Assembly: GCA_028534125.1 (NCBI GenBank)
Contig: CM052817.1
Span: 560,001-624,000 of the forward strand
Source: Lama glama
Taxonomy: Eukaryota
Direction: 5' to 3'
Length of the DNA: 64,000 nt
Positions 37,601-54,360 of the stretch are shown piece after piece. The position numbers and the translations under genes are program-made. The notes beneath the pieces were generated by a model. That model was not told the origin of the DNA. It ran no database searches and saw only the letters and a list, made by a program, of their open reading frames with translations. Every line of letters begins with the position of its first letter. Within the stretch, counting starts at the first letter, position 1.

Positions 37601-38879
37601 GAGGTAAAATTAGAGAACTAGGAGTGAGATGGAGGAGGAAACGTGCTTTTATAAAATGTAATCCAGGATGAATGTATGACCGGTGCCCTTTGCATCCTAT
37701 CTCTTAATAGAATCTCCACGAGTGTTTATGAAGACACATGTCAGTGTGTTTCTGGCTGGCGGGACCTGGGGTGGAGCTGGCTGGCCCTTCTGGCCAGTGG
37801 GTCCAGCAGACTGGACCTCGGGGAGCAGGCCTCACCACTCTTGAGCCCAAGGCCCCTGTCAAGTGACTTGGTGCCCAGGGGGTCCTGGGGGTGGGCCCCA
37901 CTTTGCTCAGAGGCCCCAGGTGAGGCAGAGGGAAGCTCCACCCCCTCCCTCCATGCCCTTAGCACCCCTCCCCACCTGTACTGGTCACATGTTGCTTGGG
38001 TCCCCAAGAGGCAGGAAGCGGTGGTGGTGGGGTGCCTGGGACTGTAGGGGGTTTGGAGCCAACAGGGCACAGCTATACCCTGTGGACAGGAGTGCACCTG
38101 CATGCAGGAGAGCAGGGCCCCCCAGCGCAGGGCAGGCTGGGAAGGACCCAGGCCGAGAGAGACAGGCACGGGCGGGCGGGGCGGACTGCCTGAGGGGTGG
38201 TCCGTCCCTGTGCAGCTGCCTGGCGCTGCCCAGCTAGCCCTGCCCACCGCACCTCTCCCTGAGCCTGGGCAGGCTTGGGAAAGGACCACTCCTAAGGGGC
38301 TCCTGGCCCAGAGGAGAGAGGGGCAGCTTTGCATCGCAGGCCGGGCTGCCGGAGTTTGCTGGGTAGGTAGGGAGCCAGCGAGCACTCTTGATGGAGCGGA
38401 GCCAGGTGTGACCCAGGTGCACAGGTGAGGAAACCCCAGGGGAGATGAGAACCGCACTGGATGGCACTGTAGGCAGAGCAGAGCTCAGACCCCAGGCTAT
38501 GCACCAAGGGGAGGCTGTGCTGGAGTTCATTCAGCTGGCTCCATTCAGGAGGTCAGAGGGCTGGAGCCATGAGTGGAGGGGTTAGGAGTGGGGCCTCCAC
38601 ATGGGGCTGAGGGCTCTGGCTCCAGCCTGGGGCCACGGTGACTGCTGTAGGGCATGGGGTGGAATCCTGCCAGGCCCTTGTCCAGGCCAAACAGGCAGGG
38701 GCCGGCCCAGGGAGTGGCAGAGGGATGGCGGGAGAGAGGAGGGCAGAGCTGTCACAGCAGCGGGTGTCAGTCAGCATTGGCTCACAGAGCGGAAAACTGC
38801 AAGTAACGGTGCCTTGAGGACATGAGGGTTTAAATGTGCTTCTGTCCTAAGACGGTGCTCAGGCTGGTGAGGAGGCTGC

Positions 38880-39180
38880 ATTAGCCATCGGGCCTCATCC
38901 CTTCCCAGCATCAGAGCCCAGGCTCTGCATCCCCAAGGCTACCTCTTGGCCCAATGTAGCTGCTGGAGCTCCAGCCATCAGGAGCTAGGTCTGGGTCTGC
39001 AGAAAGGAGGAGGGAATGTGCCTCAGGCTCAGCCCTTTCCTGTGAGGCATCTTCCTGGGAATGCCTCCAGCAGCCCACTCTCTGCTCACATCATCTTGGC
39101 CAGAGCTAGTCACATGGCAGCGTCCAACTTCCCAGAAAGTAGGAAAAGTCTTTATCTTGGGGATAGGCACCCAGCTACCA
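38880..39180 (-). mobile_element. MLT1 (MaLR LTR) fragment
   Basis: GCTGCTGGAGCTCCAGCCATCA and GGCCAGAGCTAGTCACATGGC motifs. Confidence 0.55.
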
Positions 39181-40384
39181 TCAGCCCCTGTGTCCTGTTA
39201 AGAGGGAGAAAGGACGGGTCAGTGCCCAGCAGGGGCTACTCCAGACGGGCCACTGCACAGGGCTGTCTGGATGGGGTGGGACACAGCATCCTGGAGTTAT
39301 GGCCTGCCTGCAGGGTGGGGGAGCATGGAATGGACAGGACCACCACAGACATCCTACCCTTGCATCCCTGAGAGTGGCCTGTTTGACCCCTCCCTGCTGT
39401 TACCCACCTGCCTGTCCCCAGGTTTTGTGTCCAGCCCTGCCCTCCCCCATAGAGACACCACTCCCTCCATGAGGCCTTGCCTGCTCCTGCATGTGGCAAG
39501 GGAAGGTCCCCCCAATCTGAGTGACACTTCAGTGGCCCGGGATGGAGATCTCGATGCCACCCTGGGATAGGGGGCATGGTAGGTCAGGCTGGCTGACCAG
39601 GAGCAGGGGCACGTGGTCACCAGTGAGGAAATGCGGGAGTTGGGGGGCACCACTGGTGTGCGGAGGGCTGGGTGGGCTGGAGGAGCGGCCACAGAGGAGA
39701 GGACTGTGGGGACGGGGGCAGGAAGGCCAGGCTGGTGGGGAGCAGGAAGACAATGGTGTGGGTAGTGAGGTGGGGGAGAGGCGTGATCCAAGCTGGGGAG
39801 GAGCTTGGCTGGGCTGGTTGGGCTCACCCTGGCCTCTGCGGGACAGCGGTGGGTGCCATGGGTCCCTGAGCCCCAGGCTTTGAGGAGGGACCGGCAGCGT
39901 CCACAGCAGGGAGTCGCAGCAGATTTGTCCAGGGAACTGTACGGATGGAGAGCTGTGCCAGGTGGGAGTGGAGAAGCCCAGGGGGACAGCGAGCATGGAC
40001 AGCTCTTTTGGTAACTTTGGTGCTGACAGGAGGCCACACAAGGGGCAGCTGGAAGCCATACAGGGTCAGGTGGAGACACTAGAATGTGTGGACGCTGATG
40101 CAGCTGGTGGGGGTGGGTGACACTGGAGGGAAGTCTGTGGCAGGATGGAGCAGGTGCCATGAGACTGCTGTGGGGGTGGGGCAGTGGGGGCGACAGTGAG
40201 GAGGGGTGGACACAGGGTGGGAGGTTGGCCAGGCGACCGTCCACCTGGAAGGGTGACCATGGCTGGTTAAGACACCAGTCCCCAACGTGCCCAGACGGAA
40301 TAGCTGGGTAGGTGGCAGGGAAAAGGCAAAGCTACTAGGGTACTTTGCAAGGGTGGCAGGTGTGCTAGCAGCCTCCACACCCAT

Positions 40385-40825
40385 TCTCCCTTTTTTACCA
40401 GGACTGAGATGCCAACCAGGTGAAAAACCACATTTCCCAACCTCCCTTGACTAGGAGTGGTCATGTGACTAGGCTCTGGCCAATGAGATGTGAGCAGCTG
40501 TGTTACGTGGGCTTCGGGAAACCTCCTTGAAAGGGAGGGTGGTTCACCTTTTCTCCCTTCCTGTTTGCTGCCTGGGATGCGGATGTGATGGCTGGAGCCT
40601 CACCCTCCATGTGGGTCCATGAGGATGAGGGCCCAGCCCAGCCAGCGTAGGGTCGTGGAGAGCTGAACAGAGTTGGTTCTCCAAGGACGCTCAGAAGGTG
40701 TCATAGTTGCCCAGGGCCACCAAAGGCCAGCATGCCCTCACACAAGAGAAAATAAACAATCTCCTCTCAACTTCTGTTCATTCAGATTTTCTCTCTCATG
40801 CAACCAAAGCCAGTCCTAACACACA
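40385..40825 (+). mobile_element. MLT1H/J-like MaLR LTR
   Basis: CATTTCCCAACCTCCCTTG, GGTCATGTGACTAGGCTCTGGCCAATGAGATGTGAGCAG, GATGTGATGGCTGGAGC, terminal GCAACCAAAG..CCTAAC. Confidence 0.75.
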
Positions 40826-43715
40826 GCAGGGGACCCACAGGGCTGGGCACGAGGAGGGGTGGAGGGCTGGGTACGGGGTGCTCTGTCTCTGACTGGGCTC
40901 AGTGGTCCCTGGGCAGGAGCTTGGGGGTGGCGTGGGGAGGGGAGCTTTCCAAGGAGGCCTCCAGGTGAGCCTGTGCCTTTCTCATTCCTCTGATGTGATG
41001 GAAACTCCGTGGGTGCCATTCCAGGACTGGCGGTGGATGCTGTCTGAGGTCAGGACTGGTCCTAGGGACTGGAGGGGGGCCTCCCCAGAGTGCACTCACA
41101 TTCTGGGGCTGAGACAGGCCTCATGGCACTGACACCAGGGTGGGACCATGGGGACAGAGGTACCAGCAAGGCCACCACTCACCTCTGCCTCTGGCTCAGG
41201 AACCCCAGACTGAGAACTGGGTGGGCAGGGGGGGTCCCAAAGCCTCGTGGGAGCAAGGGTCGGGGGGCTAGCTTCAGGTCCCTGGGGGAACAGCCAGAGG
41301 AGCCAGCACCCCCATTCCCCCCAGGTGCCTAGCTGATTCTGAGGACACTGTAGGACAGTGAGTTGGGGAGCTGGGGCTGGAGCTGGGCCTGATCTGGGCG
41401 CCTCTGAGAGGGAGCAGGGGCACCCAGGCTGGGGCCAGGGGTGTGGCTGCCCCCAGCAACACCATAACTGCCCTGGCTCTTTCCTCCCAGGTGACCACAT
41501 GCAGTCAACCACAGCACAGATGCCCCAGGATAGGGGTGTGTGTGGGGATGCTCTGATGGGCTGACACATATCTATACCCACAAGGGCCCAGCACACAGTA
41601 GGTGTGCCCCCAAGAGGGACTGGAACAGCCCTGAGCGCCCTGTGCGTGCCTGGCACGTGGCCTGCTGTGTGGCTGTGGTAGCAGCTCGGGGCTGAGTTGG
41701 GAGCCTGAGATGGAGCAGACTTGGTGGTGGGGCGATGCTTCCCCGCACCCTGGCCTGAGCCAGGGTTGGTGTTGGAGGGTCCAAAGGTGTGGCCGCTGTG
41801 TTTCTGGGTGACCCTGGGGAGTGAAGGCAGGATGTAGGGTAGAGAAAGGGAGGAGGCCAGGGCTGGCACATCTGTCTGAAACTCCCTCCCTCCTCCTCCC
41901 CCCCTCCCCTGCAGAGGACGTTGAAGGGCCAGGCCTTGTGGAGGGGTTGCAGGTGTGGCAGGAAGAATTGAGGAGTGCCATCTCCCCCTTCCTCTCCCTC
42001 TGTTCCTGCAGGCCCCGCCAAGCTCAGAGAAGTGGCTTAGGGGCGGGGTCCTTGGCTGACAGACCTGGCTCCTACAAGGTCCTGATGGGTGTGTCTTCCT
42101 CCACAGCTCCCAGAACTGAGATTGTGGCTTCCTGCCTGGCAGCCCCCGGCGTCTGCTCCGGCTAAGTGCACAGTAATGCTGATGATCTGCTTTGAGGCCG
42201 AGAGCCTTCTGGAATCTTCTGGGGCTCCTCTGTTGGCCATCTACACTCTGGAGGTCCAGGCCTCAGTGATGAAACCAGGGATGTCCCCACCCCACCGTTC
42301 AGCATCCATCCTATTAGATTCGGGGACACACGGGCTGCCCACAGGTTGGGTGGTGCTGTGCAGTTTGGATGGGGACTGTCCAGCCCCTGGGCTGGTAACC
42401 CAGGAGGGTTACTTAGAGAATTTCTGTGCTGATCAGGAGAGTAGAGGAGGGGGTGGCTCATGGGGTGGGACCCGGCTCTGTGGCAAGTGAGGGGCAGCCT
42501 GCCGGAGGTCCAGGGGGCAGGGTTGTAGCACTGGGCAGAACGGTTCCAATGCCTTGGCCCTTCCCATGTGCCCAGTGGTCGGGCTGCTCCTCCCCTGCCC
42601 TTTGCCTACCAGTGATGGCGGAGGTGCCCCTTCCACTCCCACCCAGCCAGTGGTCTTGCTCCCAACCCCAGCCTCAGCTCCAGCCTTGCCCACAGTGGCT
42701 GGTGATGGCTGACCAGCTCAGGGACGAGTCTTTCTGAGAGCCTGCTCATTGCACACAGAGGACACCTGGAGGGGGCGCGGGCTCAGTGTGGCTGGCCCCT
42801 CCGCGGGCGTAGGGGTGGGCCATGGACCAGCTACATGGCGAGGCAGGCCCAAAGCCCCACCAAGTCGTCTGGCAATGTATGAGCCCACTCCAGGGCAGGG
42901 TGGCACTGCAGTGGGGACCCCTCATCCCTGCACGGCAATGCCCGCATCCCCGCGCTCGAGCTCGGCTCTCACATCCAAGCAGCTACCTGGCCGGGCACCA
43001 CTGCTTCTGGCTGCCCCAGGCTCCCAGGTCTCCAGGAGCCCGAGTGGGGACCTCGTCCAGAGCAGGGCTGCGGGCTGGGAGGAGAGGGGGCCGAACTGGA
43101 CTCCTGCAGGCTGGGCTTAGGGTCTTGCTCGGGCACTGTTGGGCAGGCGGCTCAACCCGGGCCAGCACCAGCTTTCCTCCTCTGGGAAGCGGCAGGAGCT
43201 CCCTCCTCATGGTGCCTAACGGCGGGTGCACCCAACAGGAGCCAACGCTGGCTGGCTTGGCGCTCCGGAGTGGCAGAGCTGAGGGGGAGTAGGGCTGGAG
43301 CGTGAAGCAGGGAGAAGGGAAGGGGCGGCACTGCCCTCGCCCTCACAATCCTGCTAGGCTCTCCCTACCCCCAAGGTCTCCTGAGGCTACTTGGAGTGGG
43401 GAGAGGATGTCCCCGAGGCTACGGGGCCTGGGGTAGGCAAAGGAAAGGCGTGGGGACACAGGGCTCTTGGAGGGGCCTCAGCCCACACAGCCGCTGAAAC
43501 GTGCACCCAGCCCTAAGCGGGTGGGGGGACCTGGCACCCCAGGACAGGGTGAGTTTGGCCACGGAACACCGGGGAAACTGGGGCCCAAGCCCCGTGCTTG
43601 GTCAAGCATCGCGGGGCGCCTGGGCCACGCCGATGTCCCCACGAAAGGGCAGTGAGGAGGACCCCGCCAGGGCGGAGAGGGAGCCTGGGGGGGGGGCGGG
43701 CACGGCCTCCTGCGT

Positions 43716-43721
43716 TTTATT
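43716..43721 (-). terminator. NKX1-1: NKX1-1 polyadenylation signal AATAAA
   Basis: TTTATT on +, about 210 nt past the stop; TGTA elements upstream on the minus strand. Confidence 0.75.
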
Positions 43722-43932
43722 GATTGAGTTCAGCAAAGTGCTTCTGAGAGGCCCGAGGCTCGCGTACAGTCGTTTATAAATTTAAAACTCTCCTGTAGCA
43801 ACCGGCTATAAACAGAGTCGGCGACCGCAGCCTTACAAAAGAGCCGGCCTGCGGGCACCCTCGAGTCCTCGGGCCGCGGTCTCGGGGGCGCGAGAGCTGC
43901 ACGGAGCTGCCCTGCCCGGTCCCCAGCCACAC

Positions 43933-45153
<1,221 letters not shown>

Positions 45154-46504
45154 TTAAACTCACTTTGTGTAATGTACAAACTAGTTAACGGCCATTTAAT
45201 TTATTTCGGCATGTATTACCCTCCAATTATGGCAAGGCGTGGGGCCAGCCAATTACTGGGCATTTACGAGCCGGCAGGAGACCTGGGAGTGGGGTCGGAG
45301 CTGAAGGCAAGGAGGCGACTTCTGAGGACCAAATTCACCGCCCTCGCCCCCATCCCTTCCTCAAGACTTGGGGCCCCATAACTTGGCCGCCCTTGGCCTT
45401 TCCGCTGAGGCCCCAGTGAGTCTGGGCTGGTCCTGACTAGGAGGTCCTGACTTGGCCTTGTCGGTGGTGGTCCAGAGCAGTGCTGAGACCAGCCAAGATG
45501 GGAGTTCCCACCAGCTGTCTGAGCAGCAGCTCCAGATCCTCCGAGCAGAGGACCCTGCAATTTGAATCTTAGAAATTTGGTCAGGGCCTGGGGGTGCCTC
45601 TGTGCAGCCCCTGTTCCCACAGGTGGTCACAGAACCATGAGAGAAGCCAGGGCAGGTGCCCTACACAGAGCCACCCAGTCGGACACTAAGGCCACTGTCA
45701 AGTTGAGAACCGAGGAATAAAGGCCAAATTTAGTCCTGGAAGGTTCCTCCAGGGCGAACACAGACGCCGTACGGAGGCCAGCAGGGCAGGTGTCCTGGCC
45801 CCCATCCACAGCCCTTAGCAGGAGCGGGGACCATTTCCCAGGTGACCCTGAGAGCGCCTTGCCACCCAGAGGAGGCAGGGGACCTGACCCAGCTCCCTCC
45901 CTGAACCACCAATAAACTGGGCCTTCTGCCAGGGATGAGTTCCCCACTTGAGTGGAAGCTCGGGACAGAAACTCCCAGAACCCTGGCCAGGCCAAAAGCC
46001 CAAAGGGTTCCCCCCAGCCAGCGGGGGTTTGTTCCTCCCTCATTTCGGCCTCACCCCGGGGAAGCCCAGGGCAGGTGCCCCAAGGCCCCTTGCCCGAAAA
46101 CAGCGGCCCCAGCCCTGCCGGCCCTGCATACCTGTCCCTGCTAGGCAGAGGGCCCAGGAAGTTGGAGGGAGGAAGGGCCGGGGGAGGGGGCACCAAAAGC
46201 AATCAGGAGCTGGTCGAATGCAATCCTCGATCAATAGCGGCCCCTAATAAGTGTAATAGGTTTTAATCGAGTAATTATCCGAATTTTGACCCTATAATTT
46301 AGATGTTCGGGGGGAGTTTGCAAGGTGCTTGAAAGAGATATGCATGCAGCCGTAATGGGATATCGACCCGGCCGGGGGCGCGGGCCGCCCCATTACCGGC
46401 CGCTTTCCGCCGCTAAGCACATTTCCCCTTAACTGTAATCGAAGGGATTTAATTGTTTTTCCAGAGATAACCAGCGTTTTGTCACAATTAGTCTGATTCG
46501 TCAA

Positions 46505-46580
46505 AAAAAAAAAAGGAAAGAAAGAAAGAAGGAAAGAAAGAAAAGAGAGAAAAAAGAAAGGGAAAAAAGGAAAGGAGGGA
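46505..46580 (+). repeat. A/G-rich simple repeat in NKX1-1 intron
   Basis: A run followed by (GAAA)n-like tract. Confidence 0.85.
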
Positions 46581-46943
46581 GGCAGGCCTCGGGAGGCTGC
46601 GGCGGGAGTGGGGAGGTCCTCGGCCAGCAGCTCCGCACGATCCCCCCTCCTCCGCCACCTACTAGTCCCCAGTGCCAGAGACGCGCGTCGCCAAACCCGG
46701 GCCAGCCTTACAGCACACACAGCCTTGGGCCCGGCCCGGGGGAGCCATTCCGGGAGGCACCGGGTGGTGCGGGTCCCGGAGTCCGGGTCGAACGGAGGCC
46801 GCGGGCGGGCCGGTGCGAGCCCCGCGCGCTGCGAACTTTCCACCGAGCCTTGGCACCCGGCCGGCCAGGTTCGCCGAGGGGCCCCGGGAGCGTCAACGCG
46901 TAGACGCGGCCTGCCCCCGCGACCCGGCGCCGGCCGTGTCCTA

Positions 46944-48900
<1,957 letters not shown>

Positions 48901-51698
48901 TTAAAAGTTGGGAGAAATAATGGGGGACCGATTGGCTGTAATTTGGGCCCAGCTCGGACATGCTGAGCCTCAGGGAGGCGGGGGCGGGGGTTGGGATGGG
49001 AGCGGGTGGGGGAGGCAAGACCTCCCCTTCCCCAGACCGTCCCTTCCCCCACTTGCTGGTTGGTCCCGAGATTCTAATCAGACCCACAACACTGTGTCCT
49101 TCCTTGCCAGGACTTGATTATTCTTTATCTTTAAATTATAAATCACCTCTGGGGGAAGGAGGGTGGATAATCTCTCGTCACAGAGAGGTAATTATCTCCT
49201 TCCCACCCCTGCCTTCCTGCTGGGACTCCTAGGCTCTCTCTACCCCTCCCCCCGCAAAGTTTCAGTATAGATGTGCAAACGCATTCACACGCACTCACAC
49301 ACACCCCCCAGCACGCACCAAACACAAGTGCAAATCCATTCATGAGCACCCAGGAGCACTGGCTGGAGCTCGTGCCCCACAAGTACGCTCAGATCGCTGC
49401 AGTCAGCCTCACTCTTTGCCCTGCTAGCTGCGCTGGTGCTGGCAACTCGCCCAACCCTTTCCGTGAGGAGGGGCACACAGGTCGCCTGTCGCCTGAGCTG
49501 GCGCCTTGGTGGGGGTCAGGGCACAGCTGCTGGGTGGTGCCCTAAGGGGCCGGTCGCAAGGGCTGGGCTCTGACCTGGCTCTGGGTGGCCAAGTCTCAGC
49601 GTGACATCGTACCACAAGCCCCTCAAGTGCATGCTGATCCCTACCGCGTGTCACCAGGCGAGGCACAAACACAGGTCAAAACCCCCACGCCCTGCTGGGT
49701 GGGCAGGGGGTCAGGGTCTTCTCTCACCTCCGTTAACACACACGTGAGGAAGAGAAATGTGAGCTCTCTCGGTACAACTCGCGTTCATCATGAACACAAA
49801 CACACATAAAATGACGTTTTATATAATGTAGATGTAGTATAACGTATAGTGATTCTCACTAAAGCATAGCAAGTAGAATAGAGTACATTGAATATGGTAT
49901 GTAATAAGCATGATGGAATAATATACCATAATATACAACCACACGGTGTTCCTCTCCCAAGCACACACTCGTACTCAGCACGGCAAAGTGCTCTCTCTCC
50001 CTGCTGAGAGGTGTGGGCTGCCCCCAGGCTGTGTGCTTCTTGCACGAAAGCATTGGGACTGTCCTGGAGTCTGCAGGTGCTGATTCCCTTCCTTGGTCCT
50101 TCCCTCCGCTTTCACCCCGTCCCGAAGCATTCTAAGGGAAGCTGCAGGAGGCAGGGTGTGAACTGCCAAGCCTGCAGTCTGGCCCCAGGGAGGAGGGGTG
50201 GGGCAGTGGGGTGTGAGGGGGACCTTCAGAGCTACACAGGGGACCTCGGGTCACTTTCCCATGTGGAGGGGGTGCTGTGTGTGGACAAGGATGAGGGAGG
50301 TCATCTCATCCTCTCCTGCACCACCTCTCCCCCACCTCTAAGGAACAACCCAAGTCACAGAGATGCACACACCCCTCCTCCTCTCCCAGATACCTGGAAA
50401 CAACCTCCCCTCTCCCCAACTTCAACCCAGAGTGTCTGGGGCTATAAAGATGTCCTTCACTCCTAATCACAATTGATTGTCAATTAGACCCTCATTTGTG
50501 CAATCTCTGCCCATCTGCCATATCGGGTTATCTCCAAGTCACCAGTTTCCCTTGCAGGGCCCCAAGTGGGCAATGACAGGTGAAATCAGTGCATGAGACG
50601 GGGATGCCTCAACCTACCCACTGGAAGGGAAAGCCCCCACCCACTGCACATCAGTCAGGACCAGGTGGGTTCACTGGCGGGCTGGGGAGGAGTGTGTCAA
50701 GGCAGGAATTGACAAGGGGCAATAGGGAGAGACTGGTGGTAAAAGGCCTTAGAAATGGACCCGGGAAAATGAATGGGTGAGGGCTTAAGATTATGCAGAA
50801 GAGGGAAGGGAGATGTGTTTGAGGGAGAAGGATGAGAGAGAGCTGAGCATCCAGCCCTTTCAACTCATGGCCAGTATCCACTCCTCAGCATTGGAGTTTT
50901 CAGAAGTTTGGGAGGCAGGAGCAGGAAGGGCACCTCACCGCTTCTGCCACTAACTCATCATGTGTTCATGAACTCCCTCCTCAATTTTTCATCTGTCAGT
51001 TGTGGGGTTGGATCCCATGTGACCTCTAAGGTCACTATATCCTCCCCTCGAGGGTCAAAGGATAACAAGGTAACAGCTTTTGTTGTACATGATGGTGGGG
51101 GTGGGGGGCCTCCCTTCTCTTCTTGCACCTGGAGGGGCAGCAGTGTTCAGGGGGCTCCAGGGCACATGGATAAATAACCCCAACTTTGGATGATGTTTGC
51201 TTCATGCAAATCGCGCCCCAACCCAGACTGCCTTGGGTCCTCCCAACACGTCCTGAGAACTACACAGGGCGAGGGTTACCATCCCCATCTACAAATGCGT
51301 ACTTCAGCTCCAAGCTGGGTCCTGCTGCTGACGTTGTGCTCTTTCTGAAGAGGCCAATTTCCTGTGAACTTGTGGGAAGGGTACAGGAGTTAGAGGTGGA
51401 GACCTGGGGGCAGAAGGCTGCTAGACTCCCTCCTCTCACCTCTCCACCTCCGAACGCCCCATGGCAAACGCTTTTGCTTACTTAGATTTGGCAAATGAAC
51501 GGGGAACTTTCTGCATATTGGCTTCCTCGTCTTCTCTAAAGTATACGTCTCCTGGGGTCTCCTGACTGCTCCAGAAAGGGAATTCCACCCTCAGGACACT
51601 GGAGGAGGGAGGGAATGCGGGCTTCTGATTGCCTCCAGAACACTACAGCTCTGGGACACTAGGGCACTAGCCCCGCGCGGCCAGGCGGCAGAGGCATC

Positions 51699-51754
51699 TT
51701 CAGCACCGCGGACAGCGCGCGCCCGATGACAGATTCAGCACCGCGGACAGCGCC
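51699..51754 (+). promoter_or_regulatory. Tandem REST/NRSF RE1 elements
   Basis: TTCAGCACCGCGGACAGCGCG (51699-51719) and TTCAGCACCGCGGACAGCGCC (51734-51754) versus consensus TTCAGCACCACGGACAGCGCC. Confidence 0.9.
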
Positions 51755-52194
51755 ACGGGCAGAAGGCGCCTTCGCCCTCCCAGCAGCGTCAACTCGGTCA
51801 GCGGCCCATTCACCAAGGTCAAGCCAGGACCGACCTACCAGAGGTAAAAACCAAAGATTTTTACAGGGCTTTTCACTGCTTTGGCTTGATTATCCGTTTT
51901 GTAAGCTTCATGAGTTCAGAGATGAAGAGCATGTAGCACTGGGCCTGGTTTGAAGCTAGGAGGTCAGTCAGATGCAAAGGTGAGGTTTAAACTCTTGAAA
52001 CGTAAAACAAAAACAAACAAACAAAAATCAACAACTGGGAGTGATTTCAGCCTGTGGGAGACCAAGGTGCTCTGTGTGGAGGGCAGGGGCCTGACCCACA
52101 CGTCAGGCCTGTGGAGGTGCGGCCAGCTCCTTCTCTCGGCCTTGGAGGGCCCCCTGCCTCAAAAGGCTTTCTGACCAGAGGGCAGGGCAAGGGC

Positions 52195-52290
52195 AGAAGT
52201 CACCACCTTACAGATGAGTAAACTGAGGCTGGTGAGGACTGATTACATGTTCAGGACCACCCAGCCAGTACGTGGTGGAGCTCTGATGTG
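52195..52290 (-). mobile_element. MIR SINE fragment
   Basis: TTACAGATGAGTAAACTGAGGCT core. Confidence 0.7.
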
Positions 52291-54099
52291 AATGCCGGGT
52301 CCTCCTGATGACAGCATTTTTAATGGGCAAGAAGACAGGCAGCGGGTACCAGAGGGGTGGCCGTTTAAATGGAGTGCCCAGTCCTTGCCTCTGCAGCCCC
52401 TATCCCTCCAGACTGCCCCTTGCCACCCCTACCCTCTCCAGACTCTTTCCCTGTCACTGGTCCATCTCTGAAGGGCAGCAGGGGTATCCATGTTTGACCC
52501 TAGTGAGGATGGCCATCCTCCCTCCCTGTCCCCCAGGGTCCTGCCAGCACCCAGAGCTCTAAGCTCAGATATTCTCACTGCCAGTTGTTACCAGAGTCGT
52601 CTGGGGTGTCTTTGTTTTTTCCCCCAGGTTAATGCCCAAGGCCACTCTGTGTAGGTGGGTGGTCAGAAGACCCCTCCCAAGTGGAGAGTCTGGGATACCT
52701 TAGGCACTGGGGGTCAGGATCTGCTGCTAACGACAGCCTCCCCCTCTCCTTGCCCCTGCTCCAGTTTGGCCCCTTCCAGTCCAGCTCCATCATTCTAAAC
52801 CCCATCGTACTCCTCCTCTTCCAGAAACTCCCTAAGGCTGCCATGATCCAGGGCTGACCCTGGGCTCTTCAGCCTGGCATCAAGGCCTTCCTGACTGGGT
52901 CCTGTGGGATGTCCTGCCTGGTTCTTCAACCTGCATCCTGTGCTCAGAGCTCCTGACATACCTGGATGTGTCTCTGATGGCAGTGTCCTTGGCTATTGTC
53001 CACATACATCTTCCTACTCACCTTAGTGGCAGCACCTCCTGGAAGCCATCCGACTTCTTCATGTGGAGGTAGGCATCATCCTGGGTGCCAATCCAAACCT
53101 CAAGCTTCACTGCCATGTCTTAACACATCATGGGACCTTTATCTGTTCACTTGTGGCTCTGGCTCCAGACTGTGGGCTCCTGGACATTGTGTGTCTCACT
53201 TAGCAAAGCAGGGGCAGGATGCAAAGTGCAAAAGCATGTTTACACTGACAAGGACAATTGGAAGGAGCAATGTTAAGGGTGGAGTAAGCATTTCAGCCTG
53301 CGCACCACACTTCCACCCAGTAGTGGTCTGATTTCCTGGTCTGTTTGTTCAACCCCTGTAAATAGGGAAATGGCCCTGGCTTGGTAGTCAGGGATCTGGC
53401 CACCTTGCCTCTGTCCTCCACTAACAGTGTGGCCTGGCACTGCTCAGTTTCCTGCCTGGTGCAGTGGATGCAGGTGGTGCCCTGCCCAGACCCCTGCCCA
53501 GATCCCTGGCTCTGGCTGCCAAGTGCAGTAGATCATGCTCACACCTGCAAGCTGCTTGGGAGAACTGCCCCTGGCTGACCAGTGGCACATTTTCCAGAGA
53601 TGGTGGGCAGGCAGGGGGAGACCACCCCTCCTCCAGGGGCAGGGCTACAGGAGGGTATCCTTGCTGCATTCTGTCCCTGCCTTTCCCACACTCCCTCCTG
53701 GATTCCTCCTGCCTCAATAAGTCCCAGCTGCCTGAACCGCTGCCTCTGGCTCTGCTTGGGCCCCTCAGTCAGGTAGGAGGTCAGGATTGGTGGAGACAGA
53801 CCTGGGAAGCCTCTGCACTGACGAGGAATTATCACTCCTGCAGGATTCTGGGGTCTGGATGTGTCTTACATGCAGTAATGCACCTTCTCCCTCAACCCCG
53901 CCCCAGCCCCCTTATTAAATCAGAAATGTCCTCAACTGGCTAATTTGGCCCCAGTTTATCCTTCCCTTCATCCTCCCATCCCACCGTGGCCTTCCAAGGG
54001 GGGAAACTATGCCTCCCACCTGCTGAAGCCAGGCTTCTTGACCATATGACCTGCAGTGGGTGGAAGTGACCAGGCCTTCTGAGCTCAGGCCCTAAGAGG

Positions 54100-54360
54100 C
54101 CTCTGTGTTTCTGCCCCTTGCAGCTTCCAATCTTCACCATCAGCACACAGTGAGGGTGCTGCTGGTCCTTCAGCTGAGACTGGGAATGCAGGTGTGGAGG
54201 CACCTGAACCCCACCTGATGAACCTGGAGAGGGAGGGAGCACCAATCAGCCACTGATCCTGGTCCACCAGCAGAAAACGAATGACCATCGCTGTGCACCA
54301 CTGAGAGCTTTGGGGTTGTTTGTTACAGAGCAGGATTGTAGCAGAACCCTGACTGATACA
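54100..54360 (+). mobile_element. MLT1 LTR 3' part
   Basis: Ends TTGGGGTTGTTTGTTACAGAGCA...CTGACTGATACA, typical MLT1 terminus. Confidence 0.65.

Noticed and set aside
39354..42021. Intergenic ORFs of 150-296 aa
   Set aside because: Pro/Gly/Ser-rich, no recognisable domain or exon structure, adjacent to LTR remnants.
49800..49945. AT-rich patch upstream of NKX1-1
   Set aside because: Low-complexity TATA/ATAG text without clustered motifs; more like a decayed simple repeat than an enhancer.
51699..51754. Direct repeat resembling a mini CRISPR array
   Set aside because: Only two copies, mammalian context, and fully explained as REST sites.
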